A stretch of DNA of 52,090 bases from Candidatus Rokuibacteriota bacterium (GTDB lineage: Bacteria; Methylomirabilota; Methylomirabilia; Rokubacteriales; CSP1-6). The stretch covers positions 1 through 52,090 of the forward strand of contig JACPCH010000020.1 of assembly GCA_016179875.1 (NCBI GenBank), given 5' to 3'. A program made the position numbers and the translations under genes. This document shows positions 18,660 to 28,491 of this stretch, in pieces (within the stretch, counting starts at the first letter, position 1; each line of letters begins with the position of its first letter). Below the pieces are notes generated by a model. The model worked only from the letters and a program-made list of their open reading frames with translations, did not search any database and had not been told where the DNA came from.

Positions 18660-21225
18660 GCGGCCGGCCGAGCCCACGCCGATGATGCGGCAGTACCACG
18701 AGCTCAAGCGGCGGTACCCGGACTACCTGCTCCTCTTCCGCCTCGGCGATTTCTACGAGACGTTCTTCGAGGACGCCGAGACCGCCGCGCGCCTGCTGCA
18801 GATCACGCTGACGGCGCGCCAGGGCGCGCCGATGGCCGGGATCCCGCATCACGCCGCCGACGGCTACATCGCGCGGCTCGTCCGCGCGGGCCGCAAGCTC
18901 GCCGTCTGCGAGCAGCTCGAGGCGCCGGGCCCGGCGAAGAAGCTGCTCCGGCGCGGCGTCGTCCGCGTGATCACACCGGGCACGATCACCGACACGGCCT
19001 ACCTTGCGGGCGCGGCGAACAACTTTCTCCTGGCGGTGGCCAAGAACCGCGACGCCACGGGCGTGGCGCTCGTGGACGTCTCCACGGGCGAGTTCTGGGC
19101 GGGGGAGGACCGCGGCGGCGCCGACGCGGTGCTGGCGGCGGCGCTCCTGCGGCGGCCCGCGGAGATCCTCGTGCCCGAGCCGCTGCGCGAGGCGCGGCCC
19201 CTCCTCGGGCGGCTCGAGGCCGTCGGTGCGACGCTCACGTTCTGCGACCCGGCGAGCTTTTCGGCGGGGCGCGCCGCGGCGTCGCTCACCGCGCATTTCC
19301 AGGTTCCCTCGCTCGACGCCTTCGGCGTGGGCGACCTGACGGCCGGCCTCGGGGCGGCGGCGGGCGCGCTCGGCTACCTCCGCGCGACCCAGGGTGACGC
19401 GCTCGGGCACCTCACGCGCCTGACACGCCTCGAGGCCGCCGACGCCCTGATCCTCGACGAGACCGCCGTCGAGACGCTCGAGCTGGTCGAGGCCGCCGGC
19501 GGCGGGCCGCGGAGCTCGCTCTTCGGCGTGCTCGACGAGACGGTGACGCCGATGGGCGCGCGCCTCCTGCGCCAGTGGCTCCTGCGGCCCCTGGTGGATC
19601 CGGCGGCGATCGCCGCGCGGCAGGATGCCGTGGGGGCGCTCGTCGCGGCGCCCGCCGCACGCTCCCGCCTGCGCACCGCCCTGAAGCCGATCGGCGACCT
19701 CGAGCGCCTCACGAGCCGGGCGGCGCTCGGCGTGGCCCACGCCCGCGACCTCGTCGGGTTGCGCGCGTGCCTCGGGCCGCTCGACGACGTCCGTGCGGCG
19801 GGCGCCGCGTTCGACGCGCCGCTGCTGGCCGGGGCGGGGGCGGAGCTGGGGGATCTCGGCGACCTCCGGGTCCTGCTGGCCGAGGCGCTCGCCGACGAGC
19901 CGCCGCCGACGCTCCACGACGGGGGGCTGATCCGCGAGACCTGGCACACGGGCCTGGCCGCGATCGCCCGCGACGCGCGCGAGGCCCGGGCCTGGATCGC
20001 GGGGCTCGAGGAGCGCGAGCGCGCCCGCACGGGCATCCCGAGCCTGCGCGTGCGCTTCAACCGGGTCTTCGGCTACGGCATCGAGGTCACCCACGCCCAC
20101 GCCGCGCGCGTGCCCGCCGAGTACGTGCGCCGCCAGACACTCGCCGGCGCCGAGCGCTACGTGACGGCCGAGCTGAAGGAGTACGAGGCCAAGGTGCTCG
20201 GCGCCGACGAGCGGAAGCGGCGGCTCGAGTACGAGCTGTTCGAGGACGTGCGCCGGCGGGTGGCCCGGCGCGCGGGCGAGCTGCTCGCCACCGCCCGCGC
20301 GCTCGCGCGCCTGGACACGCTGGCGGCGCTCGCCGAGGTCGCCCACGCGCGGGGCCACGTGCGCCCCGTGGTGGACCGGAGCGACGCGCTCACGATCGTC
20401 GAGGGCCGCCACCCGGTCCTCGAGGCCCGCGCGGGGACGCCGGTCGTGCCGAACGACCTGGCGCTCGACGGGGACGCGCGCATCGTGATCCTGACCGGCC
20501 CCAACATGGCCGGCAAGTCGGTGTATCTCCGGCAGACCGGCCACCTCGTGATCCTCGCCCAGATGGGCGCCTTCGTGCCGGCGCGCGAGGCGCGGCTCGG
20601 GGTGGTGGACCGCGTGTTCACGCGGGTCGGCGCCCAGGACAACCTCGCCCGGGGCCAGAGCACCTTCCTGGTCGAGATGATCGAGACCGCGACCATCCTG
20701 AACAACGTCACGCCGCGGAGCCTCGTGCTGCTCGACGAGGTCGGGCGCGGCACGTCCACCTTCGACGGCCTCGCCATCGCCTGGGCCGTCGTCGAGGCGC
20801 TCCACGACGCCGCGCCCGGCGCGAAGGTCCTGTTCGCGACGCACTTCCACGAGCTGACGCAGCTGGCGGGCCGGCTCGAGGGCGTAAACAACTTCCACGT
20901 GGCGGTGCGCGAGTGGAACGACGAGATCGTCTTCCTCCACAAGGTCCAGCCGGGCGGCACCGACCGGAGCTACGGCGTCCAGGTCGCGCGCCTGGCGGGC
21001 CTGCCGCCCGCCGTCATCGCGCGGGCCAAGGCGCTCCTGGCCGAGCTGGAGGAGGCCGGCCAGGGCCGGGCCGACGCGCGGGACGCCGAGCAGCTCGGCC
21101 TGTTCACGCCGCCGGGGCCGCCCGACCCGATCCTGGTCGAGCTGGCGGCCCTGGACCTCGCGCACGTCACGCCGATCGAGGCCCTGAACCTCCTCGTCAA
21201 GTGGCAGCAGCGGACCGGCTCCTGA
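18652..21225 (+). CDS. mutS: DNA mismatch repair protein MutS
   Basis: 857 aa. TPMMRQYHELKRRYPDYLLLFRLGDFYETF, Walker A GPNMAGKS, STFLVEM, and DEVGRGTSTFDG. Confidence 0.97.
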   Translation: MTERPAEPTPMMRQYHELKRRYPDYLLLFRLGDFYETFFEDAETAARLLQITLTARQGAPMAGIPHHAADGYIARLVRAGRKLAVCEQLEAPGPAKKLLRRGVVRVITPGTITDTAYLAGAANNFLLAVAKNRDATGVALVDVSTGEFWAGEDRGGADAVLAAALLRRPAEILVPEPLREARPLLGRLEAVGATLTFCDPASFSAGRAAASLTAHFQVPSLDAFGVGDLTAGLGAAAGALGYLRATQGDALGHLTRLTRLEAADALILDETAVETLELVEAAGGGPRSSLFGVLDETVTPMGARLLRQWLLRPLVDPAAIAARQDAVGALVAAPAARSRLRTALKPIGDLERLTSRAALGVAHARDLVGLRACLGPLDDVRAAGAAFDAPLLAGAGAELGDLGDLRVLLAEALADEPPPTLHDGGLIRETWHTGLAAIARDAREARAWIAGLEERERARTGIPSLRVRFNRVFGYGIEVTHAHAARVPAEYVRRQTLAGAERYVTAELKEYEAKVLGADERKRRLEYELFEDVRRRVARRAGELLATARALARLDTLAALAEVAHARGHVRPVVDRSDALTIVEGRHPVLEARAGTPVVPNDLALDGDARIVILTGPNMAGKSVYLRQTGHLVILAQMGAFVPAREARLGVVDRVFTRVGAQDNLARGQSTFLVEMIETATILNNVTPRSLVLLDEVGRGTSTFDGLAIAWAVVEALHDAAPGAKVLFATHFHELTQLAGRLEGVNNFHVAVREWNDEIVFLHKVQPGGTDRSYGVQVARLAGLPPAVIARAKALLAELEEAGQGRADARDAEQLGLFTPPGPPDPILVELAALDLAHVTPIEALNLLVKWQQRTGS

Positions 21226-21230
21226 CGCCC

Positions 21231-22913
21231 GTGCCGGGGATCCGGCGGCTGCCGGACCACCTCGTCAACAAGATCGCCGCGGGCGAGGTCGTGGAGCGCC
21301 CCGCCTCGGCGGTGAAGGAACTGGTCGAGAACGCTCTCGACGCCGGCGCCGGGAGCGTGAGCGTGGACCTCCACGACGGCGGCGCGGCGCTCATCCGGGT
21401 GGCGGACGACGGCCTCGGGATCGCGGCGGCGGAGCTGCCGCTCGCGCTCGAGCGCCACGCGACCTCCAAGCTCGGGCGCGACGAGGACCTCGCCGCGATC
21501 ACCACGCTCGGGTTCCGTGGCGAGGCCCTGGCGGCGATCTGCGCGGTCGCGCGCTTCGTGGTCACGAGCCGCGCGCGAGGCGCCCCCGACGGCGCGCGCC
21601 TGGCCGGCGAGGGGGGCGCGGTGGCCCAGCGCCTCGACGCGGTCCCGGCCGACCCCGGGACGGCCATCGAGGTGCGCGACCTCTTCTTCAACACGCCGGC
21701 GCGGCTGAAGTTCCTCAAGTCGCCCCCGGCGGAGCTCGCCGCGAGCCTGCGGGCCCTCACCCAGCTCGCGCTCGCGCATCCCGGGGTGCAGGTCCGCGTG
21801 TCCAACAACGGCCGGGCGGTCCTCACGGCGCCCCGCGCGGCGAGCCTGCGCGAGCGGGCGGGCGCGGTGTGGGGCTGGGAGATCGCCGGGCGCCTCCTCG
21901 ACGTCGCGCGGGACGAGCACGGCGTGACGATCGCGGGGCTCGCGAGCCCGCCCGACCTGACGCGCGGCAACCGCGACGACGTCGTCGTCGTGGTGAACGG
22001 CCGGCCCGTGCGCGACCCCGGGCTCCTGCAGGCGACGCTCGACGCCTATCGCCCCCTCCTGGCGCGCGACCGCTTTCCGCTCGCCGTCCTCGCCGTCGGC
22101 GTGGCGGCGGCCGACGTGGACGTCAACGTCCACCCGACCAAGGCCTGGGTGCGCTTCCGGCACCCGCGTCTGATCTACGAGCTGGTGGCCACGGCGCTCC
22201 GGGAGGCGCTCCGCCGGCCGGCCGTGGTGCCCGACCTCGCCGCGGGCCGCGAGTGGCCCGCGGGCGCGGGGGAGGCCGCCCCGGGCGGCGTGGCCGAGCA
22301 GGCCGCGCTCTTCGGCGCGGCGACGGCGGCGCCGGCACGGCCGCGCTTCGGCCGCGTGCTCGGGCAGGTGCAGGACACGTTCGTGGTGTCGGCGTCCGAT
22401 GACGAGGTCTTCTTCCTGGACCAGCACGTGGCCCACGAGCGCGTCATCTTCGAGCGCGTGCGGCGCGACCTCGCCGCGGGCGCGCCGCCCTCGCAGACGC
22501 TCCTGTTCGCCGAGCCCCTCGCGCTGTCGCCCGCGGCGCGGGCCCGGCTCGAGCGCTGGCGCGGGCCGCTCGAGGGCCTCGGCTTCGCGTTCGAGGGCTT
22601 CGGGGGCGACGCCGTCGTCGTGCGCGCGGTGCCCGCGCTTCTGAAGGGCGACGAGCCGCGGCGGCTCATCGAGGCCGCGCTCGACGAGCTGGCGGCGCCG
22701 AAGGCCGGCGAGCCGGCGATCGAGCGGGCCCTGGCGTTCGTCGCCTGCCGCGCCGCGGTCAAGGCCAACACGCCGCTCCAGCGCGAGGAGATGGAGCGCC
22801 TGGTGGCGGAGCTCTCGGCGGCCGAGACGCCGTACTTCTGTCCCCACGGGCGGCCGATCGTGAGCCGGATCTCGCTCGGCGACGTCCGCCGCGAGCTCAA
22901 GCGAAACTGGTGA
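21231..22913 (+). CDS. mutL: DNA mismatch repair protein MutL
   Basis: GTG at 21231. IRRLPDHLVNKIAAGEVVERPASAVKELVENALDAGA (GHKL ATPase) and C-terminal FCPHGRP motif. Confidence 0.93.
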   Translation: MPGIRRLPDHLVNKIAAGEVVERPASAVKELVENALDAGAGSVSVDLHDGGAALIRVADDGLGIAAAELPLALERHATSKLGRDEDLAAITTLGFRGEALAAICAVARFVVTSRARGAPDGARLAGEGGAVAQRLDAVPADPGTAIEVRDLFFNTPARLKFLKSPPAELAASLRALTQLALAHPGVQVRVSNNGRAVLTAPRAASLRERAGAVWGWEIAGRLLDVARDEHGVTIAGLASPPDLTRGNRDDVVVVVNGRPVRDPGLLQATLDAYRPLLARDRFPLAVLAVGVAAADVDVNVHPTKAWVRFRHPRLIYELVATALREALRRPAVVPDLAAGREWPAGAGEAAPGGVAEQAALFGAATAAPARPRFGRVLGQVQDTFVVSASDDEVFFLDQHVAHERVIFERVRRDLAAGAPPSQTLLFAEPLALSPAARARLERWRGPLEGLGFAFEGFGGDAVVVRAVPALLKGDEPRRLIEAALDELAAPKAGEPAIERALAFVACRAAVKANTPLQREEMERLVAELSAAETPYFCPHGRPIVSRISLGDVRRELKRNW

Positions 22914-22980
22914 GATGATGGCTTTGCGAGGTGAGGCCGTTCCACGGCCGAGCCGAGCGGTGAAATGGCTCGAAGATGAC

Positions 22981-23931
22981 ATGACCGAAGACACGACGCC
23001 GAAGCTGGTCGTGATCGCGGGTCCCACCGGGGTCGGGAAGACCGCCGCCGCCGTCGCGCTCGGGCGGCGGCGGCCGATCGAGGTGATCAGTGCCGACTCG
23101 CGCCAGGTCTATCGCGGCCTGGACGCCGCGACGGGCAAGCCCACGGCCGACGAGCGCCGGGCGGTGCCCCACCACCTCGTGGACGTCGCGGATCCCGACG
23201 AGCGGTACCACGCCGCCCGGTTCCGCGCCGAGGCCGCCGCGCTCGTCCCGGCCATCCTGGCCCGCGGCCGGCTCCCGGTCGTCGTCGGCGGCACCGGCCT
23301 CTACATCCGGGCGCTGCTCCGCGGCCTCGATCCGGCGCCGCCCGCCGATCCGGCCTTCCGGCGCGAGCTGGCGGCGCTCGCCGCGCGCGAGGGGCGGCCG
23401 GCGCTCCACGCGCGTCTCGCGGCCCTGGCGCCGGCGACCGCCGCGCGCCTGCATCCCAACGACCACGTGCGCGTGACGCGGGCGCTCGAGACGGTGCGCG
23501 CGGGCGGCGTGGCGGTCGCCGGGCAGACGGGGTGGACGACGGCCGCGCCCGCGTACGCCGTCGCCTTCTTCGGCCTGACGCTCGACCGCGCGGCGCTCGC
23601 GCGGCGCCTCGGGGCGCGCGCCGAGGCGTTCGTGGCCGCGGGCCTCGCCGGCGAGGTCGAGCGGCTGCTGGCGCGCGGCTACGATCCCACACTGCCGTCG
23701 CTGGCCACGTTCGGCTACCGCGAGTTCGTCGCCGTCGCGCGGGGCCGGCTCACCGCGGGCGAGGCGCTCGCGATCATGCGGCGGGACACCGTCCGCTACG
23801 CCAAGCGCCAGTGGACGTGGTTCCAGCGGGAGCCGGGCGTGGAGTGGATCGACGTGGCCGCGGCCGCGGGGCCGGACGGCGTGGCCGGGATGATCGAGGC
23901 GCGGCTCGTCGCGCGCGGCATGGTGGCGTGA
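22981..23931 (+). CDS. miaA: tRNA dimethylallyltransferase
   Basis: ATG at 22981. P-loop VVIAGPTGVGKT, SADSRQVYRGLD, and PHHLVD. Confidence 0.92.
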   Translation: MTEDTTPKLVVIAGPTGVGKTAAAVALGRRRPIEVISADSRQVYRGLDAATGKPTADERRAVPHHLVDVADPDERYHAARFRAEAAALVPAILARGRLPVVVGGTGLYIRALLRGLDPAPPADPAFRRELAALAAREGRPALHARLAALAPATAARLHPNDHVRVTRALETVRAGGVAVAGQTGWTTAAPAYAVAFFGLTLDRAALARRLGARAEAFVAAGLAGEVERLLARGYDPTLPSLATFGYREFVAVARGRLTAGEALAIMRRDTVRYAKRQWTWFQREPGVEWIDVAAAAGPDGVAGMIEARLVARGMVA

Positions 23932-25226
23932 CGCGCGCCGGCGCGGACCCGAACGGCCGGCCGGCGCGCGAGCGCGCGGTGATCGGCGCGGTGCGCCTGC
24001 CGCGCCAGGGCCGGGCGGCGGTGGAGGAGTCGCTCGACGAGCTCGCCGGCCTCGTCGAGGCGGCGGGCGGCGTCGCCGTCCGGCGGGTGGTGCAGGAGCT
24101 CCGCGCACCGACGCCGGCCTTTCACTTCGGCCGCGGCAAGGTGGACGAGATCGGCCGCGCCGCGAAGGAGGCGGCCGCGCGGCTCCTCGTGTGCGACGAC
24201 CCCCTGACGCCGATCCAGGAGCGGAACCTCTCCCAGGCGCTCGGGATCAAGGTCATCGACCGGACGGCGCTGATCCTCGACATCTTCGCCCAGCGGGCGC
24301 GCTCGAGCGAGGGCAAGCTCCAGGTGGAGCTCGCCCAGCTGACGTACCTGCTGCCGCGGCTGGTCGGGCAGTGGACCCACCTCGAGCGCCTGGGCGGCGG
24401 CATCGGCACGCGGGGCCCGGGCGAGACGCAGCTGGAGTCGGACCGGCGCGTCATCCGGCGGCGCGTCATGAAGATCCGGCGCGCGCTCGAGGCCGTCCAG
24501 GTGCACCGGGGCCTGCAGCGCGAGGGCCGGCGGCGCACGGGGCTGCCGGTGGTGGCGCTCATCGGCTACACGAACGCGGGCAAGACGACGCTGCTCAACC
24601 GCCTCACGGGCGCCCGGCTCGGCGCCGCGGACCGCCTGTTCGTGACGCTCGATCCCGCGGCACGGCTCGTCACCCGGGGCGGCCACGCGTTCATCCTGAC
24701 GGACACCGTCGGCTTCATCCGGAAGCTCCCGCACGAGCTCGTCGCCGCGTTCCGCGCCACGCTCGAGGCGCTCAAGGACGCCGACCTGCTGCTGCACGTG
24801 GTGGACGCGAGCCACCCCGCGCTCGAGGCGCACCTGGCCGCCGTCGAGGGCCTGCTCGTGGAGCTCGGGGCCGGCGACCGGCCGGCCGTGCTCGCGCTGA
24901 ACAAGATGGACCGGCTCGACGGCGAGCGGCCGCCGCGGCCGGCCGCCCGGGTCGGCGTCCCGATCTCCGCCGCGACGGGCGCAGGGCTCGACGCCCTGCT
25001 GGAGGCGATCGCGGCGGCGCTGCCGCCCGTGCGTCCCGTCACGCTGCGCGTGCCCCACGCCGACGGCGCGGCGCTGGCGCTCTGCTACGCCCAGGGCAGC
25101 GTGCTCGCGCGCGCCGACGAGCCCGACGCGGTCCGCCTCGAGGTCGAGCTGCCGCCGGCGGTGCTGGCGGCGCTCGCGCCCTACGTCGTGCCGGCGCTCC
25201 CGGCGCCGGCCGCGATGCTAGACTGA
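23928..25226 (+). CDS. hflX: GTPase HflX
   Basis: GTGA overlap with miaA. HflX N-domain LILDIFAQRARSSEGKLQVELAQL, G1 GYTNAGKTTL, DTVGF, and NKMD. Confidence 0.9.
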   Translation: MTRAGADPNGRPARERAVIGAVRLPRQGRAAVEESLDELAGLVEAAGGVAVRRVVQELRAPTPAFHFGRGKVDEIGRAAKEAAARLLVCDDPLTPIQERNLSQALGIKVIDRTALILDIFAQRARSSEGKLQVELAQLTYLLPRLVGQWTHLERLGGGIGTRGPGETQLESDRRVIRRRVMKIRRALEAVQVHRGLQREGRRRTGLPVVALIGYTNAGKTTLLNRLTGARLGAADRLFVTLDPAARLVTRGGHAFILTDTVGFIRKLPHELVAAFRATLEALKDADLLLHVVDASHPALEAHLAAVEGLLVELGAGDRPAVLALNKMDRLDGERPPRPAARVGVPISAATGAGLDALLEAIAAALPPVRPVTLRVPHADGAALALCYAQGSVLARADEPDAVRLEVELPPAVLAALAPYVVPALPAPAAMLD

Positions 25227-25237
25227 GACGTTCGGCT

Positions 25238-25804
25238 ATGGGACTCGCCAACTGGCTGACGGTTCTCCGGATCCTGCTGGTGCCGGTCTTCGTGTCGCTG
25301 CTCGTCTACCGGAAGCCGGGGGCGGCGCTGCTCGTCTTCGCGGCGGCGGCGCTCACCGACCTCCTGGACGGCTGGGTGGCGCGGCGCCGGGGCCCGAGCC
25401 GTCTGGGCGCGTTCCTCGATCCGATGGCGGACAAGCTCCTGCTGACGGCGTCGTTCGTGACGCTCACGTATCTCAAGGCGCTGCCGTTCTGGATCGCCGC
25501 CGTCGTGATCAGCCGCGACGTGATCCTCGTCGTCGGGGCGCTCCTGATCTCGATGCTGGGCGGGCGCCTGCACCCGCGCCCGACCTGGGCCGGCAAGCTG
25601 GCGACGTTCTTCCAGGTCCTGACCGTGCTCACCGGGCTGCTCGCCCGCTACTTCCAGCTGCCGGCGCCGCGGTCGATCGTGTGGCTGGCGGCGGCGTTCA
25701 CCGTCTTCTCCGGGCTCCAGTACATCGTGCAGGGCATGCGCTTCCTGAACGCCGTGCACGCCGAGGAGCCCGAGGAGTCGCGTGAAGACGCCTTCCTGCG
25801 CTAG
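25238..25804 (+). CDS. pgsA: CDP-diacylglycerol--glycerol-3-phosphate 3-phosphatidyltransferase
   Basis: 188 aa. CDP-alcohol phosphatidyltransferase motif DLLDGWVARRRG...GAFLDPMADK. Multi-pass membrane profile. Confidence 0.85.
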   Translation: MGLANWLTVLRILLVPVFVSLLVYRKPGAALLVFAAAALTDLLDGWVARRRGPSRLGAFLDPMADKLLLTASFVTLTYLKALPFWIAAVVISRDVILVVGALLISMLGGRLHPRPTWAGKLATFFQVLTVLTGLLARYFQLPAPRSIVWLAAAFTVFSGLQYIVQGMRFLNAVHAEEPEESREDAFLR

Positions 25805-27119
25805 CGGGAGCGGCGAGCCGGCGCCGGGCGTGGTCGTGGCCGTGGTGCGGCCGCGCTCGCCCGCGGCGCGCGCCGGCCTCCGGCCCGGTGACCGGATCCT
25901 CGCGATCAACGGCTCTCCGCTCCGCGACGCCATCGATTTTCAGTTCCACGCCGCCGACTCGCGGCTGACGCTGACGGTGGACCGCGGGGGTGCGACGGGG
26001 GCGCTTCTGCTCGGGCGGGGGGCCGGAGACCTCGGGGTCGAGCTGGAGGCGCCGCGCCCGGGCGAGATCGCCACCTGCGCCAACAAGTGCGTGTTCTGCT
26101 TCATCCACCAGCTGCCGAAGGGGCTGCGCCGGAGTCTCTACGTGAAGGACGACGACTTCCGGCTCTCGTTCCTGCACGGCAACTACATCACCCTCTCCGA
26201 CCTCGACGAGGCGGCCCTCACCCGGATCGTCGAGCAGCGGCTCTCGCCGCTCTACGTCTCCGTGCACGCGACCGATCCGGCGCTCCGCTGGGAGCTGCTC
26301 GGCCGGCCGCGGCACTCGGCCGAGATCCTGCCGCGGCTCGAGCGGCTGGCGAAGGCCGGCATCCGGCTGCACGCCCAGGTCGTGCTCTGCCCGGGCTGGA
26401 ACGACGGCGCCCATCTCGAGCGCACGGTGTTCGAGCTGGCGCCGCTCCACCCGCAGGTCGCCACGACCGCGGTGGTGCCGGTCGGGCTGACGCGGCATCG
26501 CGAGCGGCTGCCGGCGCTCCGTGGTCTCTCGGCCGCCGAGGCGCGGCGGCTGGTGACCACGGTGGAGGGCTGGCAACGGCGGCTCCGGCGCGCGCTCGGG
26601 ACGCGGTTCGTGTTCCTCGCCGACGAGATCTACCTGGGCGCCGGCCGGCCGCTGCCGCCGGCGCGGGCGTACGAGGGGTTTCCGGTCGCGGAGGACGGCG
26701 TGGGGCTCGTGCGGCGCTTCGAGGACGGCTTCCGCCGCGGGGCGGCGCGCCGGCGCCGGGCGGACCGCGCGCGCGCGGTCACGGTGGCCACCGGGGCGAT
26801 GTTCGCGCCGCGGCTCGCGGCGCTCCTGGCGGCGGCCGGTCTGGCCGCGCGCGTCCGCGTCGCCGCGGTGCCCAACGAGCTCTTCGGCCGCGGCATCGGC
26901 GTGGCGGGCCTCCTCACGGGCGGCGACATCCAGCGCCACCTGGCGACGCGCGCGGACCTCGGCGAGGCGGTCCTCGTGCCCGCCGTCGCCCTCCGCGACG
27001 TGGACGGCGTGTTCCTCGACGACCGGACGCCCGCCGACCTCGCCCGCGACCTCGGCGTGCGGGTCGAGGTCGTCGCGCCCGAGCCGGCGGCCCTGCTGCG
27101 GGCACTCCACGGCGCCTGA
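25782..27119 (+). CDS. PDZ domain / radical-SAM-like DUF512 protein
   Basis: 445 aa. PDZ segment AARAGLRPGDRILAINGSPL followed by CX3CX2C (CANKCVFC). Positioned directly upstream of der. Confidence 0.7.
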   Translation: MKTPSCASGSGEPAPGVVVAVVRPRSPAARAGLRPGDRILAINGSPLRDAIDFQFHAADSRLTLTVDRGGATGALLLGRGAGDLGVELEAPRPGEIATCANKCVFCFIHQLPKGLRRSLYVKDDDFRLSFLHGNYITLSDLDEAALTRIVEQRLSPLYVSVHATDPALRWELLGRPRHSAEILPRLERLAKAGIRLHAQVVLCPGWNDGAHLERTVFELAPLHPQVATTAVVPVGLTRHRERLPALRGLSAAEARRLVTTVEGWQRRLRRALGTRFVFLADEIYLGAGRPLPPARAYEGFPVAEDGVGLVRRFEDGFRRGAARRRRADRARAVTVATGAMFAPRLAALLAAAGLAARVRVAAVPNELFGRGIGVAGLLTGGDIQRHLATRADLGEAVLVPAVALRDVDGVFLDDRTPADLARDLGVRVEVVAPEPAALLRALHGA

Positions 27120-27132
27120 CGGCGCGCCGGCC

Positions 27133-28491
27133 ATGGCCCGCGACGCCCGGGCGCCCGTCATCGCGATCGTCGGCCGGCCGAACGTCGGCAAGTCCACGCT
27201 GTTCAACCGCCTGGTGGGCCGCCGCCGGGCGCTCGTGCGCGACGTGCCGGGCGTCACGCGCGACCGCCTCTACGGCCAGGTGACGTTCGAGCGGTGGCAG
27301 GCCACCGTGATCGACACGGGCGGGTTCGATCCCTCCTCGGAGGAGCCGCTCGTCGAGGCCGTCCGGCGCCAGGTGCTCGTCGCGGTGGAGGAGGCGGACG
27401 TCGTGGTGTTCGTCGTGGACGCGCGCGAGGGCGCCACGGCGCTCGACCACGAGATCGCGTCGATTCTCCGGCGCACCGGCCGCCCGGTGGTGCTGGCGGC
27501 GAACAAGGTGGACGGCCCGGCGGCGGCCGGGAGCCTGGCCGAGCTCTACGCGCTCGGCGTCGGCGATCCCGTGCCCGTCTCCGCCGAGCACGGCCGTGGC
27601 GTGGCCGAGCTGCTCGAGGGACTGCGCGAGCTGGCGCCGGCGGGCGCGGCCGCGACGCCGCCCGGGGGCTCGCCGGTCAACGTCGCCGTCATCGGCCGGC
27701 CGAACGTCGGCAAGTCCTCGCTCGTCAACGCGATGGTGGGCGCCGAGCGCGTGCTCGTCCACGAGGCGCCGGGGACGACGCGCGACGCGGTGGACACCAC
27801 GCTGGTCTACGAGGGCCGGACCTACGTGCTCGTGGACACCGCCGGGATCCGCCGCAAGGGACGCGTGCACGAGGTCCTCGAGAAGCTCGCGGTGGTGATG
27901 GCGCTCCGGAGCCTCGAGCGGTGCCAGGTGGCGCTCGTGGTGCTCGACGCCTCCGAGGGCGTCGCCGCGCAGGACGCCCACCTCGCGGGCTACGCCGACG
28001 AGGCCGGCCGCGCGAGCGTGATCGTGGTCAACAAGTGGGACCTCGTGCCGCGCGGCCTGGTGCGCCGCGCGGAGGTGGTGGAGCAGATCCGCGACCGGCT
28101 GCCGTTCCTCGACTACGCGCCGGTGTGCTTCACGTCGGCCGTCCGCGGCGAGGGGGTGGCCGAGCTGTTCCAGACGATCGACCGGGTGGCCGCCGAGGCC
28201 CGGCGGCGGCTGCCGGCCGCCGCCGTCACCGAGGCGGTCCGCGCCGCGATCGCGCGCCGTCCGATCTCGCTCAGCGGGGCGCCGCTCACGCTCCAGTCGG
28301 CCTCGCAGGTGAGCGTGGGTCCCCCGACCTTCGCGCTCCGGGTCAACCGGCCCGTCGGCATCCACTTCTCGTACGAGCGCTACCTCGTGAAGGCCCTCCG
28401 CCACACCTTCGGCCTCGCCGGCTCGCCGATCCGGCTGTCGTTCCGGAAGGGGACCACGCCGCGCGCGCGCGCCCGCGGGGTGCGCCGGTGA
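27133..28491 (+). CDS. der: Ribosome-biogenesis GTPase Der (EngA)
   Basis: 452 aa. Two tandem GTPase domains with GRPNVGKSTLFN and GRPNVGKSSLVN, plus a C-terminal KH-like domain. Confidence 0.95.
   Translation: MARDARAPVIAIVGRPNVGKSTLFNRLVGRRRALVRDVPGVTRDRLYGQVTFERWQATVIDTGGFDPSSEEPLVEAVRRQVLVAVEEADVVVFVVDAREGATALDHEIASILRRTGRPVVLAANKVDGPAAAGSLAELYALGVGDPVPVSAEHGRGVAELLEGLRELAPAGAAATPPGGSPVNVAVIGRPNVGKSSLVNAMVGAERVLVHEAPGTTRDAVDTTLVYEGRTYVLVDTAGIRRKGRVHEVLEKLAVVMALRSLERCQVALVVLDASEGVAAQDAHLAGYADEAGRASVIVVNKWDLVPRGLVRRAEVVEQIRDRLPFLDYAPVCFTSAVRGEGVAELFQTIDRVAAEARRRLPAAAVTEAVRAAIARRPISLSGAPLTLQSASQVSVGPPTFALRVNRPVGIHFSYERYLVKALRHTFGLAGSPIRLSFRKGTTPRARARGVRR

Noticed and set aside
23532-23927. 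Upstream run-ons of true genes in the ORF track. Examples are the hflX ORF from 23532, hldA from 2324, tyrA from 9857, aroA from 11704, cmk from 13278, pgsA from 24191, DUF3047 from 27294, Rieske from 35321, paaA-like to 39328 and the Vgb-like gene from 35106.
   Set aside because: In each case the conserved N-terminus begins at an internal ATG or GTG that abuts or overlaps the preceding gene's stop. The upstream stretch overlaps that preceding gene out of frame.
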